Part shown: positions 1-12,370 of the stretch, piece after piece
How positions within the stretch are numbered: the stretch's first letter is position 1
How the letters are laid out: each line of letters starts with the position of its first letter
Assembly (NCBI GenBank): GCA_965178125.1
Contig: OZ237771.1
Coordinates: forward strand, 372,001 to 436,000
Direction of reading: 5' to 3'
Length of the DNA stretch: 64,000 nt
Source of the DNA: Bilabrum cf. latius
Taxonomy: Eukaryota
Made by a program: the position numbers and the translations under genes
Notes under the pieces: generated by a model
Told to the model about the DNA's origin: nothing
The model's input: only the letters and a program-made list of their open reading frames with translations
Databases searched by the model: none

Positions 1-1283
1 TCTTTTCCTGGCGTCTCCCTGATGAAATACTCCACTGCGGGCGGGTGCCCCTCGCGTATGCGCTGCACGGGCGATTCTGGGGCCAAAAGGAATGATTTGA
101 TGATTCGGTCCAGGGTGGAGGCGTCGCGGAATTGTTCCCTGGCCTCTGCACTGCCGGTTTCCTGGATGGCCGCAATCACGTCGCTCGGCTCGCACCCCCG
201 CTCCCCGGCACCGATGGCCACTGTGACGAGTGTGCTCAGGGCCTCCCTGACGACGTCGTCCTCCTCGTCGCCCTAGCTCCGAATCCACCGCTGGATGGCG
301 GCGGAGATGACTGTCCCTGCGCCGCCGCTGGCCCTCTGCCAGAGGCACTAGGTCGCGGCACGGTCGGCCAGCGCCTGGTGCCCAAGCTGGGAGTGTAGCT
401 GGTCTCGCCTGGCGCGCTTGTCGACCATGTGACGAGTGTACTGCGCCTCCAGCCCGTCCAGGTGCCGCAGGAATGCGATGCCCCGGACCGAGTGCGCCGC
501 TACCACTGTGACGAGTGCTCTGGCGGCACCGAAGCAGAGCCGCATGCGGTCTGGGACGTCCCAGCCGGACTGCTCTGCCTGCGCGCCTGCGCTTAGCACA
601 AGCAGAGCAGACGCTGCCTGCTGCACGATGTGAGCTGCTCCCATGGAAGCAACCCCCGCCGAGTCTGTAGGGTCTGCGCCCAGGGATCGCATGAGCTGCT
701 GCGCCCCCGCCGCCCGCCCGACAGAGCTCGCCGGCTGGGCAAGCAGCCGAAGCAGGCTGTAGACATCCATCGAACGAGGAGACATAAGAGAATCTCCAGT
801 TGAAGATGCTTCGCGGCCGTCAATTTGAGACGGCATGATCGGTGCCACAGCTTGCCGCATCGTTTCCATGCTTCGTTGGAAATAATCGAATGGCGAAAGC
901 TCTGCTGGAAGCCACTGCGTCTGCGCGACAATCTCGTCGCCGTGACAAGTCGGTACGGTTGCATAAAACAAATTAGTAGCAGTCGCATGCTCTGCAGGCA
1001 CAGACTTGGCGAGCCCGGAAGGACGTACGCGGGCATCAGCTGGCAGAGCGAACACTGCGGGGCGAGCACATGGCGACGCCTCCCCCGAAGCCTGATACGA
1101 TTGTACTGCCTACCTTGAGATCCTAGACGCATCATCTGCGGACACTCTCATGGTTCCGTGGAGCATTTTTGCTACATCAGAAGCTTTGAGGTCCGATTGG
1201 GATGCTTGCCCAAGTCCCGCATTGTATTTGTCAGCATACTGCCGTGCTTGCGCTAAAAGTGCGCGAACACGGTCTGATTCCAT
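1..1283 (-). CDS. Hypothetical protein, 3' end runs off the window; 3 in-frame TAG
   Basis: ATG at 1283 (MESDRVRALL). ORFs 1110..1307 and 348..1055 share a frame and are separated only by TAG (1110, 348, about 273). The frame stays open to base 1. Confidence 0.6.
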
Positions 1284-1525
1284 ACTTAGTATATAAATAC
1301 TAGTCACACGGGCGACCGGATTACTATATGATGCTGGAGCAGCGATGAATCAGTTGTGTTCTAGCACGACCGGCCACTGGCATCAAGGATTCATCGAACC
1401 TTCGAAATGAACGTTCCCCCAACATTGATTTTTTTTCCACGGCTTTCGGATTGATAGTCCTACGACTTGCCTGTAAAACTTCATGCGTCCGCAACTCATG
1501 CCAACAAACAATAAATCATGTGCAC

Positions 1526-3186
1526 TCAAGATACCACGCACCCTTTATCATCATCTCTGGACTCCGCGGACCCCGGAGCTCCTCCGCCCGAAGCGCCCCC
1601 CATCGGGGGCCCGCCGGCCCCACCCCCAACCCCATCCGGATTGGGAGGGCTCGCCCACCCACTCGTCACACCGTTACCCGTACCACTACTCCCAATCCCT
1701 CCTGGCGGCGGAGCGTACCAACCCTGACCCCCGGGCCCGCCATTGCCACTGCCACTACCACTGCCACTGCCACCATACGTCGCACCAGAACTCGCCCCAG
1801 ACGGACCGAGCCCGCCGCCCTGAGGTGCCCCCGGGTATGCTCTCAGATCGGGAGCCGAAGGTCCGGGATACGCGGGTGCCTACGGGGCGTACGGGTCGTG
1901 TGACGAGTATCCCGGGCCGCCTACCATCGGGGCAGATCCACCCCCCACGGCCCCGGGGTCATCGCCCCCCCATGAGGGGGTTCCCGTTCCGGCTCCGAAT
2001 CCTGCGCCCGCCGCTCCCGGGTGCTTCTTCGGCGCAGCCGATGCGGAACCTGCCTGCTGGGAGGATGGCGGAGGCGGGGCGGTCGCAAACCCTCCATCAC
2101 CGTGGTACTGGTAGGCCGAGCCAATGCTGCCTGTTGCTCCCGGCTGCGGCCGCCACCCACCCGTAGAGGGTGCTGGTGCACCGGTGCCTGCCATGTCCAT
2201 GGGCGGGTCCTCATCTCTGACCATTGGGCCGTAGGTTGCCTCTAGGATGACGACTAGGAACTCGTCCAGGGACACCTGAGTAGATCAAGCAAACACAAAA
2301 GGGCGAGTGGTAGCAGTTGATGGCGCCATCCGCAAGTAGCAGTAGAGTAAAACCTAGGCCAGTCGCAAAACCTACATATTAAGCTTACCTCGCCGTCATT
2401 GTTTCGGTCTACAACACGCATGAATGCGTCCCCATCAGCTCCGACAGCTGCCATGCCTGTCCGCAGTTCCGAAGAATCGAGCACCATGTTGCCGTCGCGG
2501 TCAAGCCGTCGAAACACAGCGATAGCATTTTCAAGCGTCGGTGTGCTGCCGCTGCTAACGCCGCAGAACAGTCGGCTTGCCTCCCGCAATTTATGTGCTG
2601 CTTCTTTTGTGAGATCATCCAGAACGGGTGGTTCAGCTCCAGTTGTCGTCAGCATTCTGGGCAAAAGAACCCGCAAGAACTCCTCCAGCTGTATCGATCC
2701 ATCTCCATTTAAATCCATTTCACGAAATAGCTAGTCCGCCTCGGAACGAGACACCCCCGGATACCGTCGCATCTCGTCAATCGAAATCTCGCCGTCTCCA
2801 TCTCCAAACTGACGATCGAGATCTCTGAATGTTTCAGCAAGCATATGATGTAATGAATCATTAATAGCAGCATCCTGTCTTCTGGCTAAACTGGACATTT
2901 CTAACTCTAAAGTGTGATCTTGGCCACCCTCGCTCACTTTCCGCGAAACCACATCGCCATCGTCACACCATTGGCAGCCTTCGCAACGTTGCAGTGCGTT
3001 CTCGTCACTACAAGAATAGACATTATACGCTGAGCTGATGCCTGTAACCTCTGCCAAAGACCATTGCACCCTCTTTACTGCCGTGGCAGTGCTCATTCCA
3101 CCCGCTTCCATTGTGATGAGGATGTCATCCACCCCGCACTCCGCACTCTGCTACAGCGGGGAGTTCTCAGCGCAGCCCCGCGGCAT
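1526..3186 (-). CDS. Multi-EF-hand Ca2+-binding protein with Gly/Pro-rich tail and C-terminal CaaX motif (CVVS)
   Basis: EF loops DGDGEISIDE, DLNGDGSIQLEE, DRDGNMVLDSSE and DRNNDGE|VSLDE. The last is completed by a GT-AG intron at 2276-2388. TAG read through at about 3151, 2731 and 1880. Ends CVVS-TGA at 1526. Start uncertain; it may be spliced to the upstream EF-hand segment. Confidence 0.7.
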
Positions 3187-3256
3187 CTGGCGATAAACGG
3201 AGAATACCCACCAGCTCACGACTTCCACATCCTCACGACTGTGTTTGAGCCGATGA

Positions 3257-4114
3257 TCACAGCGGTGTGATGGAGAACCCTCCCGCCGGCAGCTTTGCGC
3301 CCCCCTCGCCGTTGCCGCCATGCTCCGAGTCGTATTGTGCCCTGCTAGACCGAGCAGAGTCGCCCGTGCTCCGAACGCTGCTTGCCATAGACTACCGGGA
3401 CATGCGTTTGCTTGACAGCTTTCGTTGCATTACCCTGTTGTGCAGATCGTTTTCGAGAAGCTTAGCGGCGAGTGCACGCCAGTGCACGGGCGAGTACGCG
3501 GCATCGGTGCTCGCTTGCTACAAGCGCCTTTGAGCAAGCCGGCCCCAGAAACTCATACCAAAGGCGATTTTTGAAAGGTCCATCTGAGCTCGGACTGCAG
3601 GGTACATGAGTTCGCTCGAGCCTAGCATCATTTCTAAAAAGGTCGCCCTGGTGACCTTGCCATTGGGGGATGCTCGCACAGTGCGATCGACCAGCTGCTT
3701 GGCGGGCCCACTGCCCATGGCCTACTTGCCCAGGGCATCCGTAATTGCGGTCTCTAGCTCCTTTTTTGACATGTCCCCGCTCTGGTCCCGATCGTATATG
3801 TCAAATAAGAACAGAGCAAGCCCGGAGCGATCAAGTGTCATGAAGTTCCACAGCGCGAAGACAAATTCTCGAAAGTCGAGCGTGCCATCCCCATTCAAGT
3901 CAAACGCCGAGAAGGATTTTTCTATGAACGGGGTTCTGTCCATGCTCGCCCCCATCAGCAGCTCGAACAACCCAACCTTTCCTTTCTCCCCTGCCGAAAG
4001 CTTATCGTGGAGCGACGTCAAGCTTCCCACGCTACCCTACAAACCCAAAGCCTTGAGAGTAGCTCTGTTGCGTTCCAAATTTTCTGCCGCGTTCGAGCTG
4101 AGGCACATTCCCAT
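3257..4114 (-). CDS. N-acylated EF-hand protein (calcineurin-B/recoverin-like)
   Basis: Starts MGMCLSS (myristoylation-type MGxxxS with a Cys). EF loops DLNGDGTLDFRE and DRDQSGDMSKKE. TAG at 4037, 3722, 3518. Unspliced frame ends in TGA at 3257; an alternative intron 3187-3433 would join it to the downstream EF-hand CDS. Confidence 0.7.
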
Positions 4115-4292
4115 CGCGGATGCAGCGAACGCTTCTCGAAGTGAGCTTCACCTCAAATGTTCCGCACGGCTGGATTGCGCGGCGCCGCCCGTCATCGACA
4201 ACAACCGGATACACAAGCACGAGGGCTTCGTGCTGAGCGTACTATATTGTCTTATTCGGTATATAGCTTCTTCTTTATTCCTATCTTGAGCC

Positions 4293-7200
4293 ATGGACCC
4301 ACTGGATTAGTGGAGAGTGAGATCCGATATGCATCGCAGTATCAAGAACTGGCCTTGCCGTTGCGCTTCGGAAGAAATTGCCGTCTGAAGGCTGGGTAGC
4401 TTGTCAACGTGATACATATGTTGACCGTTACATGATAATACCTATGATGCGTTTGCTTCGATGCGGTGCTCTTTATATGTGCCCGGACTCGATGTGCATG
4501 CTATCTATCGTGCAAGAAAGTCCTTTCAACGGTATATCTTCACCGAGTTTACTTTGTCGCAGTTTGATGGCGACGCCGAACTTGCGCAGTGTCGCTTCGC
4601 GGATGCTGTTCGTTGCTATGACAAAGTGAGCCTTGTTGAGGACCACCACGCGTCGCAGCCCTCTAACTGCGCGCCCCCGTCATGCAGCCCCCGGCTGCGC
4701 TGCTCCATCGATCATTAAAAATATGTATATCATACATAATATCACCGCAGGCCATGTCGCGAAGCATCGAAGAGGTGGGTTGCAGCACCCGACGCATCGC
4801 CGCCCTCATCGGCTGCGGCCGGCGGCGGGACATCAGGCGGGCGCTGGAGGCGGCCGAGCGGCTTGCGACCAACAACCCCACGTGGTGCATCGCTGCCCTG
4901 CTCCTGGCCACGGCACAGGCCAAGGCGGGCCTTCCCTCCCAGGCGGTTGCAACCCTGGAGAAAGCCAGATCGCTCCTGGGCGTTGGCAGGCAGCTGGGCA
5001 TACGAGGCTACACGGACGCGGTGAGGGTCGTGACAGACGCGATCGAGGCAGCGTCCGTGTCGGCACAGGCGGCAGGGGGGCTGGGCGGGGACGTGGCAGG
5101 GCTGGAGGTGGAGGGCAAGGGACTCGGAGCCGGAAGTGCTGGAGAGGGGGGCTCGGCAGGCCCCGGGCACGAAGACAAGGAGAGGGAGGCGTGTGACGAG
5201 GACAAGGACGACGGGGCCGGGGACAGCAGCGAGGACGAGAACGAAGAATGCGCCGAGGGGGAGGAAGAGGAGGAGGTGCCCAGGGCGCCGCGCAATCTTG
5301 CGGAACTCGCCATGCTGGACGCTGTGTCGGCGGCCGCGGTCCGCGTCGCCTTGGGCCTGTCCCAGTCCGGGGGCGGCAAGCCCGTTGTTCCCTCGAGACA
5401 ATCGGGCCCATGGTGGACCGAGGAGGACGCCGCGAGAGCATCCGGAGCCACGGGTGTGACGAGTGAATCCGGAGCCCCTTCCACTGCTTCCTCCTCGGCC
5501 GCAGGAGCAGCCTCGGCAGCAGGAGCCGCCACGGAGGGGTCTTCCCATGCCGCCGCGGGACTAATGTCGGAAACCAAGACGGGAGAGGGGAACGATGACC
5601 CGGAATCAAAATTGGCCTCGTCCTCCGGTGGCGACGACGACGATGATGCGGCTTCCAAGGAGGCTGACGACGACGAGGACGGGACTTACAAAGACATGGA
5701 GTATTGGCTGCTGACTGCGGCTCCCCACAGGCCCCCGGACCACGCAGAGGTGGCCAAAGAGGCAGGCGTGGATCTTCTGAGCGACGGTGACGAGGGCGGT
5801 GCAGGCGAAGGCTCGTCTGGTGCGGGGGCAGGTGCAGGGGCTGGGACGGCAGGCGGGGCCAGCAGCAGCAGCAGCAGCAGCAGCGGTGCCGGCGCTGGTA
5901 CTGGCGGTGAAATCGTGGCGGGTGCTGCGCCAGGGGTCGAGGCCGCCCTGACGAGTGTGACGAGTGCGGCCTCTCGGCCGGGCACTGCTGCAGCCGCCGA
6001 GGAGGCCCGCCTGGCCATGGCCGACACCTCCTGGCGGCCCCCTTCAACGACCCGGAGCCATTTTCCCCACATCCACATCGTCAAGTACGGCCCGCACTAC
6101 AGGGGCGTGCATGCCGTGAGGGACGTGCCACCCAACACCCTGCTGATGTCGATCGACGTGCGGTTCCTGATTACCGTGGAGATGGGCAAGCGGACTGACA
6201 TAGGGAGACGCATGGCCCAGGCCAGGCCTCCACTGGAGCTGTCAGCTGCCAAGCACTGCTACACGGCGGTGTTTGTGATGCTAGACATGCTGAACGGGGA
6301 GTCGTTCTATCAGCCGTACTACAGGGTGCTCCCGGCTGCCTTCCCCTCCATACCCGTGTTCTGGGACGACGACGAGCTCAAGCTGCTCGCGGGGTCGTAT
6401 GTGCAGCAGCAGGTGCTCGACAGGCGCGCGAACATCGACGCGGATTACGACGAGATCGCCCGTGTGGCCCCCTCCTTCACCCGGTTCTCCAGGGAACAAT
6501 TCCTGTGGGCCAGGATGATGGTCGCGAGCCGCAACTTTGGCGTCAACATCGGGGGCCAGAAGACGGACGCGCTTGTCCCATACGCGGACATGCTGAACCA
6601 CTACCGCCCGAGGGAGACGCGGTGGACCTACAACAACTCGATGCGTTGCTTCACCATCCACTCCATCGACTCCCTCAAGGCCGGGGAGCAGATCTACGAC
6701 TCGTACGGCAAGAAGTGCAACAGCAGGTTCCTGTTGAACTACGGGTTTACGGTGGACTTCAACCGGGATGACGAGTGCAGCCAGTGCCACAACGAGGTCA
6801 AGATCGACCTCCAGCTGCTGGGTGCAGCGCACGATCCGTGGTGGGGACAGAAGAGGGCACTCCTCGAGTCTGGGGAACACAAGAGGTCGGTCAGGGTGGC
6901 GGCATACCTCTCCCACGCAGGCACCAAGGAGGCCCTCAGCTTCCTCCGGTTTGCCCACGCCCAGAGAACAGAGGTCGCAAGGCTGCCCTATCTCGGGTAG
7001 GAGCAGGACCTTGGTCGCAAGCCCATCAGGCCACTGTCCTGCCGAAACGAAGCAGAGGTGCTTGGACACCTGGCCCAGGTGTGCCGGGCATAGCTGGAGG
7101 GCTACCCGACCACCTTGGAGGAGGACGTGGCCGAGCTGGCTGCGGGGACCTACCCCGTCGGTTGCAACCGGCGGAACTGCCTGGTGCTGCTCCGCGGAGA

Positions 7201-7492
7201 GAAGGAGATCTTGGCCTTCTTCTGCAAGCTGGCAAGGGAGTGTGTGCCTTTGCTGCAGCTGCCCGGTGGCGAGCTGCACGCGGTGCTGGCCTCCGGTCAA
7301 TATGCCGGGGACAGTGACTTGGACAGGTATGTCAGGCAGGTCGTGCGTCCCCTGGTGTTCGCGGAGAGACCCCCTGAAGCGGGGGGGTTGGCCCCTGGGT
7401 CTGGTGGGGGGGAGGGTGCGGGGGGGGTGCATGCCGGTGGCCGAGGGCTTGTGGCGCAGGGGGGGGCCGCGGGGGGTGTAGCGATGAGGTGA
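4293..7492 (+). CDS. TPR + SET-domain protein methyltransferase (SETD3/Rubisco-LSMT-like)
   Basis: SET motifs RGVHAVRDV, LVPYADMLNH and YGKKCNSRFLLNYGF, followed by an LSMT substrate-binding-like region (*LEGYPTTLEED). Introns 4317-4562 (tentative) and 4626-4750 build an N-terminal TPR-like helix pair. TAG at 4308, 6998, 7091. Ends TGA at 7490-7492. Confidence 0.85.
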
Positions 7493-7749
7493 TGCGGGCT
7501 GGGCTGATCAGTGGTCACGGTTTGATTGTACAGAGGAGGGGGCCGTGTGGTGTACTGACTAGCATGTGTCTGTTTGTGAGTGTTCAACTGACATCTGTTT
7601 GCGTTTGCTTGCAGCTGCGCTGTGTGCAGTATGTGCAGGGCATTCAAGTTGCCCCCAATCGCACCTCGTCACACACAGCCACACTAGAGTCGATGCAACT
7701 TTGATGAAGCTGTAGAGTCTATATTCAAGACATTGAACGCCATTTAACC

Positions 7750-9126
7750 ATGCGAGGCGCTTTGATATGTGCTACCGTACTCACTTTGCTTTGCAGGGCA
7801 GATAAAATACCCTGCTCTGGCTCTGGAATGCTTGTAGACGGGAAGTGCAAGTGCGAGCCAGGGTTCAACGGGTCCAGCTGCTCGGCGCTAGCATCTGCTT
7901 ACCCGATCCCATTGTAGTCCGGATTTCAGATGAAGAGCAAAGGGTTTCACGTGTGGGGTTCTCAAGTGCTATTTTACCAAGGGGAGTACCACATGATCGC
8001 CAGTGTATACGACGGAGACGTGAACTTTTACGGTCACTGGCTGACAAATGGACAGGTTAGAGCCACGATGGCAGCATTATCATGCATTAAGTAATACTTA
8101 CTGCATAAACGACATATTATCATGGGCCCCAGTCCTATAGAACGCTCGCAGAATATGTACGCGTCCTCGAAATCGCCACTTGGTCCGTTCGAACCCGGCC
8201 CCATTGTTCTCCCCTATAATGACGGGCCTGCTGGCGCCGGTTCAGGCCCAGCCCCATGGGATCGGAACGCCATGAACCCGAAGTTCCTGCTCATCGAGGG
8301 AGCCGGGCACGAGGCTGCGAGGCTTTGGGGCCCGAGCGCTGGTGAAGGCTCGAGCACTGGAGCAGGTGCTCCATCCCAGGATCTGTTCCTGATCTATTAC
8401 ACGGGTGACACTTACAACTACTCGAGGCCGAACGCCACCGACCCTAGCCCTGCCAGCACGTGGATTCCATAGGCCACGCAGCGCGTGGGCCTGGCCTACA
8501 GCACGGCCGGTCCCAGAGGGCCGTACAAGCGCCTCCCGCACCCCGTCCTGCAGCCGAGAGATCAGCCCTACTGGGATTCTAGAATCGTGACGAACGCGGC
8601 AGTGACGCAGATGCCCGACGGGCGCATGCTAATGGTGTACAAGGGGTCGAATCCGCCGGGTGCATTCAACAAGCAGACGCAGGTGTGCATCGGCGTAGCC
8701 ATCGCGCAGAACTGGTCGCAACCATTCGTCAGGGCGCGCAGTGATCCGATCATTCCGTGTCCCAAGGACTCGTTCGACTTTGAAGACCCCAGCGTGTGGT
8801 ACGACAGGAACACGCGAGTCTACCACATGATCCTGAAAGACGCTGCCGGCACTGTCACCCACGAAGGGTACTCCGGTGCCCATGCCGTGTCTACTGACGG
8901 GATGTCCTGGTCCTTCACAGACCCGCCGCTGGCATACCTCCCAAAGCACGTATGGGCCGACGGGAAGGTTCGCGCCATGCACAGGCAAGAGAGACCGCAG
9001 GTTCTGCTGGACCCGACTGACGGATCGCCCCTTGCCATGTACTTTGCCACAGACACGGACCTGGACGGGACGGCAGAGGGGCTTTTCTGGAACATGGTGT
9101 GGCCGTTGAGGGATGGAATGGCGTGA
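7750..9126 (+). CDS. Secreted EGF-like + five-bladed beta-propeller glycoside hydrolase (GH43/GH117-like)
   Basis: Signal-like N-terminus, CKCEPGFNGSSC EGF-like motif, then HVWG, NP, FEDPSVW and ERPQVL motifs. Intron 8056-8151. TAG at 7915 and 8470. Ends TGA. Confidence 0.75.
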
Positions 9127-9945
9127 TTTTAGCTAACTTAGATGTTTGGACTAGCTTGCCAGCCAAAATTGGTTGCCACGAATCGCGATTCGCTAGCCAG
9201 CGATATCCTCATTTTTGTGTTATATCACGCATCCAGTTACACTTTGTGCACATCGCAACACGGCAAAGAGTGGAGGTTGGCATTTCTCCAGTCAATCGCC
9301 TCCATTCGGGATGGAAGAGCTCAGGACTGACAGATCATCTTAAATTATTTTCCCACCCGCCCGGGCGCGGAGAACTCAAGTTCAGGTCAATCACGAAGAG
9401 GACCCAGGCCGTCTTCCAGGACTTTGTTGTTCTACCAACGGGGGGCCTGGTAAGTGGGGCGCGGGGGCTGCTGCGCGTGTTGGCCCGCATCCGCCGGAAG
9501 CGGATGGGAAGGGCCCGTAGTTTGCCAGGGGAGGCCCAGATCATGATTCAATTCAACCTTACGGTGCGGAACATGTCAGGGCTTCAGGGAACGAGAGTGG
9601 CAAAGGAAACGGGTTCAGCAGGAGCTGGGACCCCCGAGGAGGCGCAAGCGGCAGCACAAGCGGAAGTAGTGCAGGCCGCGAACCCGATAGGAGTGCTACC
9701 AGTTGAAGGGGTTGGAAGCGCTGTGGACGAGGCAGATGCCCTTGAGCCGGACCATGACGATAAATGCCACGGAGGTTTAGCCTTGGACGAGAGTCTGGTG
9801 CAAGATCTCGGAGAAGATGATGATGATTGAATGCAACGATACGACTTTTCTTTGCATCTTTGAATCGTATCAGATCTTGAAATAGGCTATAGGCCCTAGC
9901 GAAGAAGTACCCATCCATCTACGCCATGCCGCGATCTGAGTAGCC

Positions 9946-11268
9946 TCACTCCCGCGATGGGGGCACATATGGCATTAAATTCCTCACCTCTCCCTTAAAC
10001 TGATCGCAATACGACCACATCGTCGCCTCGAAGGCAGCCGCGTAGTGCCCGCCGTGCACGTCCAGCACTGGAGGAGGGAAATTGTACCGGGCTGCCATGG
10101 CCACGACCTGCCGAAACATGGTGGAGTGCATGCCTCCCACGATGGGCCAGCCCTCCGACATGATCTGCATCGTTGCCAGCATCAGGCTCGCCTCATCAAA
10201 GTCCATCAGGTGCTCGCTTTCGGGGCAGTCTCGGGACATTTGGTCCTCCTTTGATACATCCGCAAGAATGTCCGATACGATAGCACCCGGTTTGTGGTAC
10301 TTTAATGCCCTGAACAGGCACCGGGGGATCTCAATCCATTCAAAATCTGGAGCAAGCTGTCTCAATGCGTGCATGCCACGATTGGCGTCCGACTCGATGA
10401 GGACCCTCTTGGGTCCTCCAAGTGAGTGCAGCGCAAGTCGCAAGGCACGAACATGTCGATTCGGAGTTTGTGGATTTTGTTCATGCTTGGCAATTAACCC
10501 AAACCGGGCGTGCACCACTGCGAATCCACGCCCATCGTCGAGCCCGAGCATCTGCTTCAGCTGAGCAACAAGCTCTGTGACTTTCGGCTTCATCGCGAAT
10601 AGGTGCCACATCACTGCTGCATGTGCCAGCTGCGATCCCTGCAGCGGGTGCCCTGAGAGAACGTCCGCCTTGAATCTAGGACCTGCCCATGGCCCTTCCG
10701 CAATATAGCACTAGTCGCCTTTCCACACTTCCGAAACGGCCAGGAATGCCACTCGAGATTCAGAGCGCAAGTTCGCACTAATATTTAGGCGTTCCAGCGA
10801 TCTCATCGTACCCCCCGCCACAATCTGTTCTGTTGGTAATTCGCACGTCGTTGGAATGCTCATGTAGCAGTCAATCGAGGGTGGCGAGCAGCTGCTATAT
10901 GGACCTAAACTCGGCACTTCGTGTACAACAGGTATACGACCAGTTGTGCGAGAAAGCCAATACCATACCCAAAACTACTCTAGTATTGCTCCGAGGCCCA
11001 AACCTTCTATGTACGAACCACCTATGAGCGCAAGATCACCCTTCGTGCACTGCTGGCCGTCGGACAGCCATTGGATGTATGAATCTGCAATCGACTCCAG
11101 AACATGCGGCAAGTCTGATCGATTGTCGTGCCCGTGGCTGATAACAGCTGTATTCGGGAGGTGCAAGCCCACACCTCCACGATCTATCCTTGCCTAGCAA
11201 ACGTACAGCAGCACAAATGCTGCAAGTGACCGAGCAACAAGCAACGACGAAACATAGTATGTGCACAT
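9946..11268 (-). CDS. Fucosyltransferase-like protein (FUT8/GT23-like fold)
   Basis: Hydrophobic N-terminal anchor from ATG 11268. Motifs GLGAILE*F, AVVHARFG, VLIESDA and IVGGMHSTMFR resemble GT-B fucosyltransferase motifs. Three ORFs joined in frame by TAG (about 11194, 10975, 10711). Ends TGA. Confidence 0.6.
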
Positions 11269-12370
11269 TGAATTGTTACCTTTTGCCTGTATGCGATCCG
11301 GATAGGCTCCTGCTACCCCTACTAGACTAACAGCTTGCAAAGGCATTGTTGGTCAAGAAAATCTGGATAAAAATGCATCATGAGAGTCATCATGTCATGG
11401 TCGATACGGTACACGCCACAATTCCAAAGTGGGGGGGGGGGGGGGGCGGCGTCGACCCCCTAGATCTATCCATTGGCCGTACCTCCCCCCCCAATGAATC
11501 TGAATTAAATGGATCACACCAATTGACCTATCTCGTCATCAGCGCAAAATCAGACCTTTCCACAGACCCCCGGACTGTCAGGGGCTCAAAATCCACTGAT
11601 GGTCCGGGGACCCCTCAGGTCCCCTGTCCGGGGGCCAAAAGTAAAACCCTGAATGGTAAGGTGTCTGGAACTTCCAAACACAAGAGGGAAAGGACCTAAG
11701 CCCGCCACCTATGAGTTTGGAGATGGGAGCGGGTGGCGGGCTGGGTAGCGGGAGTGGAGAGCTGCCGTCGCGTGCCGGCCCGGGGGGTCGCAGCCTGGCG
11801 CCAGCGATGTCGATGGTCGCAAGCAGCAGAGTGTCAGGCACAATGGGCGCACCCGCCGCGATGGAGGCCAAACAGAGTTAGGCGATGCATCCCAGCAGTT
11901 GACTGCAACTGGCTGCCGCCGTGGTGTTGTGTGCTGCTGCAGCCGGGGTGCTGGAAGTGTCAGCTTGCAGTTGACAGCGCGATGTGTGAGCTCACGAGGT
12001 ACAGAGTGCCTGCCGGCGGTCAGCGGCAGCGGCGGCGAAGGAACATGTTTTGAAAGGCCCTATAGAGATGATTGTGGCAGTGTCCCGCCCTCTCCCTGAA
12101 GCCTGGATCGCTTCCGCGCTCGGGATTCAGCAGCGGCAGGGGTAAGGGAGGGCGAGCCGGCCGCTTGGAGCCCTCCCTCCCCAATCAAAGCAGCAGCGCA
12201 CGCAATCCGATCGAATCGATAGCTATCCGGATGTCATACCTTGAGTCCGAAAACCTGCTTTCAAATGTGATTTCGAGCGCTTTTGAGTTGATATCAGATA
12301 CGCCTCCTCGAGCGTTCGCCGACAACCCACGGTCAATTTTAGAAGGAAAAAGAGTGATTTGAACGTGCAC

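Noticed and set aside
4742-7432. Long antisense and alternate-frame ORFs (e.g. 4833..6047, 6281..7432, and similar ones across the window) as genes
   Set aside because: They shadow real GC-rich CDSs and have no motifs, as expected from codon bias.
11431-11640. Poly-G run and short GC-rich inverted repeats as a MITE
   Set aside because: No clear terminal inverted repeats with target-site duplication, and no second copy in the window.
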